A stretch of DNA of 64,000 nucleotides, from the NCBI GenBank assembly GCA_037131105.1, contig JBAXRQ010000001.1:130039-194038 (forward strand), in the 5' to 3' direction. Source of the stretch: a bacterium (lineage in GTDB: Bacteria; Patescibacteriota; UBA1384; CAILIB01). Below, piece by piece: positions 10,422 through 22,434 of this stretch. Under the pieces are notes generated by a model that saw nothing but the letters and a program-made list of their open reading frames with translations, searched no databases and was not told the DNA's origin. The first letter of the stretch is position 1. Each line of letters begins with the position of its first letter. Made by a program: the position numbers and the translations under genes.

Positions 10422-12506
10422 CTAGGCTTTGGGTTCTTCCTTCTTCTCTTCCGTGGCCGGTGTCTCGGCAGCGGGTTCCGCCGGTTTGGCGGCTTCTTCA
10501 GCAGGCTTTTTGACGGGAGCTTCCTCTGTGGGGGTCGGCTCGGCAGCGGGCTCCGGAGCCGGCTCAGGTTTGACTTCTACAGCAGGTGGCTCTTCCTTTT
10601 TCTCCTCTACTGGTTCTGCTGGTTTCGACTCTTCAGTCGGAGGGGGCTCTGTTTTGGCGTCCTCAGGCTTTGTCTCGGCAGCCGGCTCTTCTTTCTTCTC
10701 TTCTGCGACAGGCGCCTCTGCGACTGGCTCGGCAGGCTTGGTCTCCTCCTTCTTTTCCTCGGCGGGCGCCTCCCCTTCCTTAGGTGCTTCTGTCTTGGCG
10801 TCCTCAGGCTTTGTCTCACCTTCGGCCGGCTTCTTTTCGCCTTCTGCGGGGGCTGCTCCTGGCTGGCTGGGGTCGGGGACTATGGGCATTGGCTTCTCCT
10901 CGGCCGGCTTCTCACCGATCAGCCATTTGGCACCTATCACGGGGGACTGGGCCACGTAGTCCTGGACAATCTTCATGATCAGGGGTTCCAGCACCGCAAT
11001 GTCCTTCTCGACCGGGGCCTTTTCCTTGAACTCAGGGTAAGAGCCCTTGCGGTAGAACTCGACGAGCTCGACCTTGATCTTGCGTACGTCCACCACTTCG
11101 ATGTTGTCAGCTTTGCCGGCGGTGATGATGTAGAGAAGTAATATCTTTTCGTCATTACTCATATTGAACCGGTAGTCCTGGGCCAGGGTCTCCAGGATGC
11201 GCTTGCCACGCTTGATCTCACGCTCGGTGTCCTCACTGATTTCAGTGTTTAGGGTCTCGAAGGACTTCACTTCCTGGTAGCGGGCCATTTGTGTGGAAGC
11301 CAGCTCGCCGACTTTTCGTAGGCAGGGGGGTTGTACGCTACCACCGATACGTGACACCGAGGCCCCAGAGTTTACGGCCGGGAAGATGCCTTCATGCATC
11401 AGATTCAGGTCAAGGTAGATATGGCCGTCGGTGATCGACATCAGGTTGGTGACGATGTACTCAGAGAGGTCGCCGTTCTGGGTCTCAGCCATGGGGAAGC
11501 CGGTAAGCGAGCCTCCCTTAAGATCTTCAGATAGTCGGGCAGTACGCTCCAACAGTCGGGAGTGCAGGTAGAAGATGTCGCCGGGATAGGCGTCGCGGCC
11601 AGGGGAGCGCTTCAGGAGCAGTGACATCTGGCGGTAGGCCTTGGCATGCTTGGAAAGGTCGTCGTAGATGATCAGGGCGTCCTGGCCCCCGTACATGAAG
11701 TACTCGCCGATGGCGCAGCCTGCATAGGGCGCGATGTAGTTCAGGGAAGGTGGATCGTCCGAGCTGCCAACTACCATGCAGGTGTATTCCATGGCGCCAC
11801 CGGCACGGAGCAGCTCCTCCAGCTCGCGGACCTTGGCCTTCTGGGCGCCGACTGCGACGTAGATACAGGTGATACCGCGGCCTTTCTGGTTCAGGATAAG
11901 GCTGGCAATGAGGCGGGTCTTGCCTGACTTTCTATCTCCGATGATTAGCTCGCGCTGTCCTTTGCCTATGGGAATGGTGGCGTCCACTACCAATATGCCG
12001 GTCTCAAGCTGGTTTACCACCGGTTGGCGTTTGGCGACTCCAGGAGCTAACCGTTCTACTTGCTGATAGGTCGAACTACGGATGGCACCGCGGCCGTCGA
12101 TGGGGATACCCATAGGGTTCACTACCCGTCCGAGCAGCTGCTCGCCGGACTGGATCCTCAGTACTGATCCGGTGGACCTCACCACGTTTCCCTGGCGGAT
12201 TTTTAAGTATTCTCCTAATACCACTGCCTCGATAAGGGTGGTGCTAATACCGAGAATAAGGGCTTGGGTGATACTTTCGCCAGTATCGATGTCCACCACT
12301 TCCTCGATACGGGCCGAGGGTAGTCCCTTGATCTTTACCACTCCGTCACCGACGTAGACCACCTCGCCGATCTCGGTGACCACCGGCTTCATGCGGGTGT
12401 CCGGCAACGACTCGGCCAACTGTTGGGCGAGCTGCTTGACGGTGGAAGATTCGGGCGGAGTCTGGGTCTTTGGCATGAAGGCTATTGTTTGGACATTTGC
12501 TTCCAA
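10422..12506 (-). CDS. atpA: F-type ATP synthase alpha subunit with a roughly 180-aa low-complexity Pro/Ala/Glu/Lys-rich C-terminal extension.
   Basis: Walker A GDRKSGKT plus the alpha-type N-terminal beta-barrel and C-terminal helical domain (about 515 aa). The same frame then continues through …KPAEEKPMPIVPDPSQPGAAPAEGEKKPAEGETKPEDAKTEAPKEGEAPAEEKKEE…EEKKEEPKA until the stop at 10422. Confidence 0.9.
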   Translation of the reverse strand: MEANVQTIAFMPKTQTPPESSTVKQLAQQLAESLPDTRMKPVVTEIGEVVYVGDGVVKIKGLPSARIEEVVDIDTGESITQALILGISTTLIEAVVLGEYLKIRQGNVVRSTGSVLRIQSGEQLLGRVVNPMGIPIDGRGAIRSSTYQQVERLAPGVAKRQPVVNQLETGILVVDATIPIGKGQRELIIGDRKSGKTRLIASLILNQKGRGITCIYVAVGAQKAKVRELEELLRAGGAMEYTCMVVGSSDDPPSLNYIAPYAGCAIGEYFMYGGQDALIIYDDLSKHAKAYRQMSLLLKRSPGRDAYPGDIFYLHSRLLERTARLSEDLKGGSLTGFPMAETQNGDLSEYIVTNLMSITDGHIYLDLNLMHEGIFPAVNSGASVSRIGGSVQPPCLRKVGELASTQMARYQEVKSFETLNTEISEDTEREIKRGKRILETLAQDYRFNMSNDEKILLLYIITAGKADNIEVVDVRKIKVELVEFYRKGSYPEFKEKAPVEKDIAVLEPLIMKIVQDYVAQSPVIGAKWLIGEKPAEEKPMPIVPDPSQPGAAPAEGEKKPAEGETKPEDAKTEAPKEGEAPAEEKKEETKPAEPVAEAPVAEEKKEEPAAETKPEDAKTEPPPTEESKPAEPVEEKKEEPPAVEVKPEPAPEPAAEPTPTEEAPVKKPAEEAAKPAEPAAETPATEEKKEEPKA

Positions 12507-13027
12507 TCGGAGCGGAACTGGGTGAAGCGAGTGCGCAGGCTGTAGTCGGTGATGTAGTTTCCGTAGCGGACGATGACACCGCCGATAAGAGTAGGGTCGA
12601 CGGTCACTTCAAGGGCCACAGGACGGCCCAGCTGGGTGGAGAGGGTGGAGACCATTTGGTGTAGGTCCTTATCCTTGAACTCTATGGCCACAGTGATCTT
12701 AATAACTCTGATGGCCTCGGCCCGTCGCTGCATGGCGTGGAGAAAGTCTGGAAAATGCTTGCTGTCGAAGAACTCCAGGTCACCGGAATCAAGGATTTCC
12801 AGCAGCTTCATACGTAGTTCCTCTGACTGCACCTGCTCCATTACCTTTTTGACGTACCCTACCTTTTCCCTGAGCGTCTTAGGGGTCTGCTCCAGCATCA
12901 GTTCCATCTCACCCTGGTTGACAGTCTCAAGCAGGGAAACTAGGGACAGGTGAAGCTTGTCTATCTGGTCTGCCAAATAGAACTTCTGCAATACTTGGTT
13001 GGCGGCCAGACTGTAATCGAGGCTCAT
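12482..13027 (-). CDS. atpH: F-type ATP synthase delta (OSCP) subunit.
   Basis: 181 aa, helical, and sits between atpF and atpA. The C-terminal …LIGGVIVRYGNYITDYSLRTRF resembles OSCP. Confidence 0.75.
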   Translation of the reverse strand: MSLDYSLAANQVLQKFYLADQIDKLHLSLVSLLETVNQGEMELMLEQTPKTLREKVGYVKKVMEQVQSEELRMKLLEILDSGDLEFFDSKHFPDFLHAMQRRAEAIRVIKITVAIEFKDKDLHQMVSTLSTQLGRPVALEVTVDPTLIGGVIVRYGNYITDYSLRTRFTQFRSDWKQMSKQ

Positions 13028-13566
13028 GCCGGGTTCTTAGTGTCGTCACTTTCAGCCTTCAATTCCTTGAGCGCTTCCATAACCAGGGTCTTTTGTCCGG
13101 CGTAGCCGATGCCGCTCGGTAATACCTTCTTAGCTACCGAAAGAACTAGGTTCATAAGGTCGTCTTCTACTTCGCGCTGGCGGGACTTCATATATTCCTC
13201 TGCCTTGGCCTTGGCTTCCTCCTCAAACTTCTTGGACTTGGTCTTGGCGGCGGCAAGTGCCTTCTTGCTCTGCTCGGTAAGTGCAGCGATCTTGTCCTCG
13301 TATTCCTTCCTGATGTCGGCGATCTCTTTGTCGGAGTCGGTATCGGCTGCCTTGACCTGTTTCTCGACCTCTTTCAGTTTGGCCTCACTCTCCTCGGTGA
13401 GCTTTTTAAGAGTCTCCTCGTGGGCAGTTTTAAGAGCGGCTACCTCGGCAGCAGCCTTCTTTTCTGCCTTGTGCCTTCGGGACGTAAACAAGAGCTCAAC
13501 CAGGGAGATGAGAAAGACCGAGAGAGTGATGCTGGCGCCGATGGCGAAGAGGAACAGCTCGCGCAT
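13024..13566 (-). CDS. atpF: F-type ATP synthase b subunit.
   Basis: An N-terminal TM helix is followed by a long charged Ala/Lys/Glu coiled coil. It overlaps atpH by 4 nt. Confidence 0.7.
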   Translation of the reverse strand: MRELFLFAIGASITLSVFLISLVELLFTSRRHKAEKKAAAEVAALKTAHEETLKKLTEESEAKLKEVEKQVKAADTDSDKEIADIRKEYEDKIAALTEQSKKALAAAKTKSKKFEEEAKAKAEEYMKSRQREVEDDLMNLVLSVAKKVLPSGIGYAGQKTLVMEALKELKAESDDTKNPA

Positions 13567-13578
13567 AGAAGTGGTGGG

Positions 13579-15660
<2,082 letters not shown>

Positions 15661-15738
15661 TCACGACAGGGCAGAAAGACTCAACTAGGGTATGAAAAAA
15701 GTGACCGATTGCTCGGTCACTTTTCCTTCTGGTTCGAG

Positions 15739-17187
15739 TTATTCGTAGCGTAATGCCTCAACCGGGTTCATCCTAGCTGCGCGTACTGCTGGCCAGTAGC
15801 CTGCCAACATGCCGACGATGGTGGTAGTGGCAATGGTTACCATGATTAGCCATGGCTGTATGCCTAGCACGCTCAACGGGATTCCCTGTGAGGAGAGTTG
15901 GCTGCCGGCAAAGTGACTGACTGCTAAGGAGGCGGCATAGGCAATCGCACAGCCGAATAGTCCGCCCCAGAAGCCTAGTAGGGCGGCCTCAAAGGTGAAG
16001 AGACGTCGCACTGCGGCTCGGGTAGCTCCGCAGGCTCGCATGACGCCGATTTCGCGGGTGCGCTCTAAGGTGGCCATGATCATAGTATTGATCACGCCAA
16101 TGGCGGCTACGAAGAGGGAGATGCCGCCAATGGCTCCGAAGACGATGCTGATCATCTTGAAGATCTGCATGATCTGGTCAATCATTTCTTGAGCGGTAGC
16201 AGCCCCGAGCCCCATTTTCTTTACTGCCGCTGCGACGCCGGCCACATTTTCTACGCTATCTACCTTTAGTACGAGCGAAGAGTAGCCTTGCTGATCGAAC
16301 TGACTCATCGAAGTCAGCGTGTACTCAGGTGCGGGCTGTGAGCACTGTCCCATGGTCTTGCCGCAGTCGACCGGTGCTTGTTCCTTCTGTTGCCACTGCC
16401 ACTGGGTCATCAGCTTCTTGGCGTAGCTCAGGGGAATGAAGTCCTCACGGTCATAGACGCCTGCCGCCAGGACGCCGACCACCGTGATGGTCTGGTGACC
16501 TTGATGGTTCTTAATGGTGTTGTAATAGTCTTCATTGGCCTGCTTGCTATTGTTCTGACCGGGGTCCTGGGTAGGAGGAAGGGGAACATTCTTGTCATCA
16601 CCTACGTACCCTTGGGTGGTGAAGTTCAGGGTCTGGCCAACAGCGGCTGCAGCCTGGTCCTTGGCGTATCCCATCTTGATAAGGGTTTCCTGACTGATTA
16701 GGATGCTATTGTCGTCGTCCGGCGTAAGGTTTCTTCCGGCTACGATGGGACGTTCGGTCAGTGGGCTGGGCTGGTAAGCGATGGTATCGCTATTGGAGAG
16801 GTTGAGCTTTTTGCCGCTGGCGTCGGTGATGGAGGATTGCTTCATAACCCAAGCGCTGAGCTGGGCGTAGCCACCGCTAACGTGGGGGATGGCGTTTACC
16901 TTGGTCAGTATGGCATCGGTAAGCTTTGCGGTATCGCCACCACCACCAGAATTGCCGCTGAATACGCTGTCAGAGCTGATGTCGGTATTTCCACTGACGG
17001 CGACCTGGGTTAGGGCGCCAGCGCTTTCAATTTGGCTGATGGCAGCGTCTTTGGCACCGAAGATGATAGTAAGCATCAGAACTACGGATGTAGCCCCGAT
17101 CATGACTGCGATAATGGTCAGGATGGTCCGGGCCTTCTGACGCCAGATGTTTTTTAAGCCGAAGCGAATGTAGTCTATGAATTTCAT
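15739..17187 (-). CDS. ABC transporter permease of the FtsX/MacB family with a large extracytoplasmic domain.
   Basis: N-terminal TM helix, then a roughly 250-aa periplasmic domain, then a C-terminal three-TM FtsX-like module ending …MNPVEALRYE. It overlaps the ATPase gene by 4 nt. Confidence 0.75.
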   Translation of the reverse strand: MKFIDYIRFGLKNIWRQKARTILTIIAVMIGATSVVLMLTIIFGAKDAAISQIESAGALTQVAVSGNTDISSDSVFSGNSGGGGDTAKLTDAILTKVNAIPHVSGGYAQLSAWVMKQSSITDASGKKLNLSNSDTIAYQPSPLTERPIVAGRNLTPDDDNSILISQETLIKMGYAKDQAAAAVGQTLNFTTQGYVGDDKNVPLPPTQDPGQNNSKQANEDYYNTIKNHQGHQTITVVGVLAAGVYDREDFIPLSYAKKLMTQWQWQQKEQAPVDCGKTMGQCSQPAPEYTLTSMSQFDQQGYSSLVLKVDSVENVAGVAAAVKKMGLGAATAQEMIDQIMQIFKMISIVFGAIGGISLFVAAIGVINTMIMATLERTREIGVMRACGATRAAVRRLFTFEAALLGFWGGLFGCAIAYAASLAVSHFAGSQLSSQGIPLSVLGIQPWLIMVTIATTTIVGMLAGYWPAVRAARMNPVEALRYE

Positions 17188-17888
17188 CGTGATTCTCTTA
17201 CTTTGCCGTCTTGGATGGAGATGACCCGGCTGGCCTGCTTGGCGATATTCGGGTCGTGGGTAATCACAATGAGGGTGATGCCCTGTTTGTTGAGTCCTTT
17301 GAGAAGCTGCATGATCTCATCCCCCTTTTGAGAGTCGAGGTTTCCGGTAGGCTCGTCGGCGATGATGATGCTGGTCTGGTTGGACAATGCCCGGGCGATA
17401 GCCACGCGTTGGCGCTGGCCTCCGGAAAGCTGGTTAGGATAATGTCTCAGCCGATCGGCCAGGCCCACTGCCTCTAGACACTCTTTGGCTCGTTGGGTGC
17501 GGGCCTTGCTACCGGTCTTGGCCAGGACCAGGGGAAGCATGACGTTTTCCAGGGCGTTGTAGCTGGCCTGCAGGTTGAAGGACTGGAAGACGAATCCGAT
17601 ATGTTTGTTCCGGTAGAAGGAGAGCTTCTTGTCGCCGACTTTGGAGAGGTCCTCACCGTCAATCTGAACAGTGCCCTCGTTGGGGGTGTCCAGGCCGCCG
17701 ATGATGTTGGCCAGGGTAGACTTACCCGAGCCAGAAGGTCCGACGATAGCCAGGAACTCACCGCTTTTGACCTCGAGATTCACTTTATCCAGGGCGTTCA
17801 CCACCTCGTCACCTAGTTTATAGGTGCGGCTAACGCCCTTTAACTCAATGATGGCTGTATCCATGGGAAGGCTACTAATTTGTACCAC
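17184..17888 (-). CDS. ABC transporter ATP-binding protein (MacB/LolD-like).
   Basis: Walker [10 protein letters not shown], the ABC signature [15 protein letters not shown], and Walker B IIIADEPT. Confidence 0.9.
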   Translation of the reverse strand: MVQISSLPMDTAIIELKGVSRTYKLGDEVVNALDKVNLEVKSGEFLAIVGPSGSGKSTLANIIGGLDTPNEGTVQIDGEDLSKVGDKKLSFYRNKHIGFVFQSFNLQASYNALENVMLPLVLAKTGSKARTQRAKECLEAVGLADRLRHYPNQLSGGQRQRVAIARALSNQTSIIIADEPTGNLDSQKGDEIMQLLKGLNKQGITLIVITHDPNIAKQASRVISIQDGKVRESR

Positions 17889-17973
17889 CGTAGCACGCCA
17901 GCTCTACCACTCAGAATGCTCTAAGAAAACGTATGAGGCAGTTACTGGCTCTCATGAGTAGTTATCTACTTGA

Positions 17974-18351
17974 TCAGTTAAACTGGGACCTATGCGTGCA
18001 AAGGAAGACGAGGCAGCCTAATCCTATGGCAGCCAGAACAAGAATGGGGGTGTTGAGGAGGTTGCCGATGAGTCTGTCTGATCCGCCACTTAGAACAAAG
18101 AGTGCGGCGGCGAGGAGGGGGAGATTGAGAAGGCCGTAGAGGTAAAGCCCCCATCTTTTATTGGTGGCCAGACCATAGCCGGTTCCGATGAGGAATACTC
18201 CTCCCAGCAGATTGAGCAGGCTGTCCTGAGCCGCAAAGCTGTCTCCGTCAAGGAGGCTGCTTATGGTACTGAAGACAGCGAAGACGATTACAAGTATTCC
18301 GACCAGAAAAACCAAGCTGGCGATCAGTCCGGTAAACTTTTGTGGTGTCAT
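17974..18351 (-). CDS. Small membrane protein, hypothetical.
   Basis: Three to four hydrophobic helices. No motif recognised. Confidence 0.35.
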   Translation of the reverse strand: MTPQKFTGLIASLVFLVGILVIVFAVFSTISSLLDGDSFAAQDSLLNLLGGVFLIGTGYGLATNKRWGLYLYGLLNLPLLAAALFVLSGGSDRLIGNLLNTPILVLAAIGLGCLVFLCTHRSQFN

Positions 18352-18411
18352 GATTGGCGTGAAGCGAATAGAAGCTAAGTATAGTTGCCGCTACCGGGGC
18401 TGAGCAATGGC

Positions 18412-19551
18412 TTAGGAGTAGTTCTTGCCGGGATTGGTCATCAGAATATCGTGGGGATGACTTTCGGTGAGTGAGGCGGCGGTAATCTGGACGAAACGGG
18501 CGTTCGCTACAAGCGTTGGCAGGTCCTTGGCGCCTACGTAGTACATGCCTGAGCGGATGCCCCCGATGGCCTGGTCGATCTGCGACTTCAGACTCCCCTT
18601 GCAGGGGATGAGGCCTTCGACTCCCTCAGCCACTAGTACCGCATCGTTCTTATAGGTCTTACCGTGGAATTCACTTTCGGACTTGATGGCGGCCCCCTTT
18701 TCCATGGCGGCAATAGAGCCCATGCCCCGGTACTGCTTGAAAGCGTACTGTATGGTGTCAGGATCGATGATGCTCTGGAAGCGGCTGGGCACCTGATCTT
18801 TCTCCAACATGACCAGCTCACCGGGCGACTCGTCTACAGCGGCGAAGAACGAACCCATCATCAGGCTAGAAGCCCCGAGAGCCAAGGCTTTAGCCATGTC
18901 GCCGGAAAGTTTCAGGCCGCCGTCAGCAATGACCGGCACGTCACCGTGCTCCTTGGCGGCTCGGATAGTTTCTTGTAGGGCAGTGACCTGAGGTACTCCC
19001 ATGCCTGAGATGACCCTAGTGCTGCAGATGGAGCCGGGCCCCATGCCTACCCTCAGGGCGTCGGCCCCGGCCTCAAGCAGGGCGACAGCCGCTTCGTAGG
19101 TGGCGATACTCCCGGCGATGACCTGGAGCTTCGGGTGGTCCTTTTTGATCTTTTTAATGGTGTCGATGGTGAACTGGGTGTGCCCGTGGGCGCTGTCCAG
19201 CACAATGGCTTCGACGCCAGCAGCCAGCAGGGCTTCCAGACGGGGCTCGTAGCCAGGGCTGGATCCCACAGCGGCTGCGGCCAGGACTCCTGCCTTCTTT
19301 ACTGCTTTCACCTCGGCGGCCTGCTGGTCAACGGTGAGATTGCGGTGGATGACGCCGCCGCCACCCAGATGCCCCAGGGCGATGGCCATGCCGGACTCGG
19401 TCACCGTATCCATGGGGGAGGAGATGAAGGGGATTTCCAGGGAAATGTCCCGGGTCAGGCGGGTGGAGAGATCTATGTCGTCGCGCTGGAAATCAGTGTA
19501 GCCGGGGAGTAGGAGGATGTCGTCGAAGGTGAGGGCCTGGGGATAACTCAT
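18412..19551 (-). CDS. guaB: IMP dehydrogenase / GMP reductase family protein without a CBS subdomain.
   Basis: N-terminal [14 protein letters not shown] and the catalytic-loop motif [11 protein letters not shown]. At 379 aa it is too short to carry the CBS pair. Confidence 0.8.
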   Translation of the reverse strand: MSYPQALTFDDILLLPGYTDFQRDDIDLSTRLTRDISLEIPFISSPMDTVTESGMAIALGHLGGGGVIHRNLTVDQQAAEVKAVKKAGVLAAAAVGSSPGYEPRLEALLAAGVEAIVLDSAHGHTQFTIDTIKKIKKDHPKLQVIAGSIATYEAAVALLEAGADALRVGMGPGSICSTRVISGMGVPQVTALQETIRAAKEHGDVPVIADGGLKLSGDMAKALALGASSLMMGSFFAAVDESPGELVMLEKDQVPSRFQSIIDPDTIQYAFKQYRGMGSIAAMEKGAAIKSESEFHGKTYKNDAVLVAEGVEGLIPCKGSLKSQIDQAIGGIRSGMYYVGAKDLPTLVANARFVQITAASLTESHPHDILMTNPGKNYS

Positions 19552-19723
19552 GAGGCGGGTCTTAGACGGGTTTTGTCCAGATTGAACCCTGCTGAGACCT
19601 TTGTCAAATCCTAAGAGACACCAAGCAGGGGCAGCAGTCCGTCTAGGTTGTCTAAGATACTCTCAGCAGGCACAGGGTGTCGTCACCGTCGAAGAAGATG
19701 ATCTTCTTGATCAAGACCGAGCC

Positions 19724-21829
19724 TTACCGCTGTCCCATCCAGCCAAGCCACACATAAAGAGAGGCAATCGAGTTGCTGTTATCTAGCGCGAGAGAAGTAG
19801 AGAAGTTTTGCTGGGCAACCTTGGGGTCATGCATGGCCTGGGCCATGAGAAGGACATCCTGCCAGCCGCCATAGGGGGCACCGTTTAGTTCTTGGGTGAG
19901 CGCACCTAGATCCCTGCCGATGAGATTGTTCTTCTGTAGGTACAGTGAAGCGCCGTTCAAAGGGAGGTAGAGAATACCATGTTTGGCCTCAGGCATGGGA
20001 CTGAACCAGGTTTCGAAGCTTGCTTTCCCTGACCAGAGAAGGGAAACCGTCTGGTGATTATAACCGGCAGGAAACGGGTGGTGGGGATTGGCGTTAAAGT
20101 AATAGGTCTCGGCGGCTGTGCGCTCTTGGTTGTACAGATCTTTACCTAACTTCTCGAGATGGGGGTTGTGCGAGGTTTCCCCCCACAGTATAATCCCGTA
20201 CCAGGCGTTCATGGCTTCTGAAACAGATTCCTGGTTGTTTCCGTCTGAGAAAGATGTTAGTCCGTCTGCCCAGCTGTGTCCGGCGTACATATCAACGACA
20301 CGGAGATAGGGAAGTGAGCTGTCACCGTGACGATCATTGGCAATGTCGGCGGCAATAGCATTAACGGCGGGGGCATAGTCTTTGGTAAATTGGCTGTCAT
20401 AGCGTCCTAATATGGCGCTGGCATACAGAAAATATCCGTAATGGAATTGGTGGTCATTGAAGTTTTCGCTGCCAAATTCCGGTGTAACGGCGACGAGTCC
20501 TTTGATAGTCGGATCGTAATAAAAATAAGTGGTACTTTCTCCTGGGGAGTAGGTTAGCCAGTTGGTCAACTGGTGAGAAAGGGCCTGTTTGTAGGCTTCA
20601 GCGGTCGGGCTCTGGGCTTTTTCGGCAATATCTAGGAGAGTTGCCAAACGGTACAGCTCCTTAGCACCGTTATAGGAGGTACTAGCTGGCGTGGTGTCGT
20701 TGGTGAGGCCTTCCTGGAGGAACTGTTCTAAGGTGATGCGATTAAAGAATCCGTCCGTCCTGGGTAGAGGAGTTGATGTTACTAAGTCCTCGTCCGAATA
20801 GGTGAGGCTAAGGTCATTTCCCTCAAGTAGACGGGCAGTACCAAGTAGAGTGGTGTATGTGCCGAGCGAAGGCCGGGCCAAGGTGTCCGCGGTTTGCTGG
20901 TGAGGAAGAAGAAGGAACAGAGTGGGCTTGGAGTCGGAAGTCCCCCAACCAAGGTGGACGGTAGAGGCGGTTCCACTTTGGAATCCAGCCTGGGTGCTGG
21001 TGATAGGTGAAGCGGCTGTGCGGTCAATGGTCTCCTGAAGGTTGGGGGCCGGAGTACCGTTGGGAAAAGCTGCCACGGTAAGCTTGCTGCCCGACGTGAG
21101 GGTCAATCGATTCTTGACGAGGGTGGTGCTCACGCTGGGACTATAGATGGCGTAGGTCTGGTCACGGATAGTGAAAGTGGTAGCGGTGCGCCCATCGGAA
21201 AGCCTCCGCTGGGTGGCGGTATCTGTGGGCAACAAGACTGTGGCCTGGCTATAGAGAGTGAAATATTCGAAAGGGCTGCCCTCAACCAAATGGGAGTCGG
21301 CAATGCTTTGACCGCTGGTAGTAAGCGCAGTAATTGTGACTGAAAGATCGTCATAAGCGGTCACCTCACTCTTGGCCAGGGCAGTATCGGGAAAAGTAAT
21401 CTGGATATCTGGCTGCAAGGGCGTGACAATGCTGTCGGCACTTATCTGGACAAGGGGTACGCCTGTCTTTATGCCATCTTTTGAAAGGTTGTAGGTAAAA
21501 GGAGTACTGAAAAGAGTCTGTGGCCAGGTTCCAGTTAGTGCGCTTACCCACCACGTATTTGTGGGTACGGGCTTACGGGCTAGTTCTGGAGAGAGGTTTA
21601 AGGGTCCGATTTTGGTTGAAGGTGCTCCGTCGAAGCGGATGCTGGCCTTACTTCCGGCGAAGGTGTCAGCACTCAGTACTGGTTGTAGCACCTCCGTGCG
21701 GTGGCTTCGCACCCAAAAGAAGGCACCAGTGCCAACGGCACAGATGAGTATGAGGCCGATCCAGGCGCCTGCGCGCTGCAGTTTTACAGGAGGTGTAGCT
21801 GCTGGAGGAAGGGGGAGAAGGTCTCCCAT
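19724..21829 (-). CDS. Membrane-anchored glycoside hydrolase, GH81-like (putative endo-beta-1,3-glucanase).
   Basis: N-terminal TM helix (AWIGLILICAVGTGAFFWV). The motif FNDHQFHYGYFLYASAIL matches the GH81 ND(H)HFHYGY block as I remember it, and …QESVSEAMNAWYGIILWGE matches the GH81 catalytic Glu region. This was not verified by any search. Confidence 0.55.
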   Translation of the reverse strand: MGDLLPLPPAATPPVKLQRAGAWIGLILICAVGTGAFFWVRSHRTEVLQPVLSADTFAGSKASIRFDGAPSTKIGPLNLSPELARKPVPTNTWWVSALTGTWPQTLFSTPFTYNLSKDGIKTGVPLVQISADSIVTPLQPDIQITFPDTALAKSEVTAYDDLSVTITALTTSGQSIADSHLVEGSPFEYFTLYSQATVLLPTDTATQRRLSDGRTATTFTIRDQTYAIYSPSVSTTLVKNRLTLTSGSKLTVAAFPNGTPAPNLQETIDRTAASPITSTQAGFQSGTASTVHLGWGTSDSKPTLFLLLPHQQTADTLARPSLGTYTTLLGTARLLEGNDLSLTYSDEDLVTSTPLPRTDGFFNRITLEQFLQEGLTNDTTPASTSYNGAKELYRLATLLDIAEKAQSPTAEAYKQALSHQLTNWLTYSPGESTTYFYYDPTIKGLVAVTPEFGSENFNDHQFHYGYFLYASAILGRYDSQFTKDYAPAVNAIAADIANDRHGDSSLPYLRVVDMYAGHSWADGLTSFSDGNNQESVSEAMNAWYGIILWGETSHNPHLEKLGKDLYNQERTAAETYYFNANPHHPFPAGYNHQTVSLLWSGKASFETWFSPMPEAKHGILYLPLNGASLYLQKNNLIGRDLGALTQELNGAPYGGWQDVLLMAQAMHDPKVAQQNFSTSLALDNSNSIASLYVWLGWMGQR

Positions 21830-22434
21830 GCGGGGTTGCTAATGAATAGTGATACGCTGGCTGGCATGCCGGGAATGAGCCGGTCGCGTTCAGGGCTGTC
21901 CTCAATGCTTACGTAGACACTTACGACTCCGTTGACGCTGTCGTATTGGGGGAAGATGGTGGAAATACTGCCTTTGAAGGTGGTATTGGCTACGCTAATG
22001 CTAACTGGCATGCCGATCTGCAACTTGAGGAGATCCTCCGGGCTGATCACGAGGTTAGCCTTAACGAAGATGTTCTGGTTATCAATGATCTCAGCGAGCT
22101 CGCTTTGAGGCTTGGTGAAACCGTTCTTGCTCACGGTGATGCTTTGGATAATGCCAGCTTGATTGGCGGTGTCAGTTTCTATGCTACCCTTGCCGTCATC
22201 AACCTTGGCAATGACTGTATCGGGTTGAACGACCTGGCCGATGTGTACGGGAATCTCTTTCACAATACCACCGGCGGTGGTGCCGACTGGAATAATATTT
22301 GCGGATACCTCTGCCTTGGTGGAAGTAATGAATGAGCGCTTCTGCAGCTTCTGACTGGCGGCATAGGCGGTCACTCCGCTCAAGGCAGCTAGAAAGACAA
22401 CGATGATGATAAATGTCTTAAACAGTTGTTTCAT
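21784..22434 (-). CDS. HlyD-like periplasmic adaptor (biotin-lipoyl-type hybrid barrel protein), membrane anchored.
   Basis: N-terminal TM helix, then a segment resembling a membrane-fusion-protein lipoyl/beta-barrel (…GQVVQPDTVIAKVDDG… and …QIGMPVSISVAN…). The call is weak. Confidence 0.4.
   Translation of the reverse strand: MKQLFKTFIIIVVFLAALSGVTAYAASQKLQKRSFITSTKAEVSANIIPVGTTAGGIVKEIPVHIGQVVQPDTVIAKVDDGKGSIETDTANQAGIIQSITVSKNGFTKPQSELAEIIDNQNIFVKANLVISPEDLLKLQIGMPVSISVANTTFKGSISTIFPQYDSVNGVVSVYVSIEDSPERDRLIPGMPASVSLFISNPAWETFSPFLQQLHLL

Noticed and set aside
10430-10960. Nucleotide-level tandem repetition that could be mistaken for a CRISPR array or VNTR.
   Set aside because: The repeats are degenerate and variable in length, and they code in frame for the PAEK-rich tail of AtpA. 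There is no repeat-spacer regularity and there are no cas genes.
10257-11141. A 294-aa plus-strand ORF and several 60 to 180-aa ORFs (10429..10959, 10586..10783 and others) that look repetitive and Gly/Leu/Ser-rich.
   Set aside because: They lie antisense or out of frame to the atpA tail and are products of the low-complexity GC-rich repeat DNA. The minus-strand atpA frame is the real gene.
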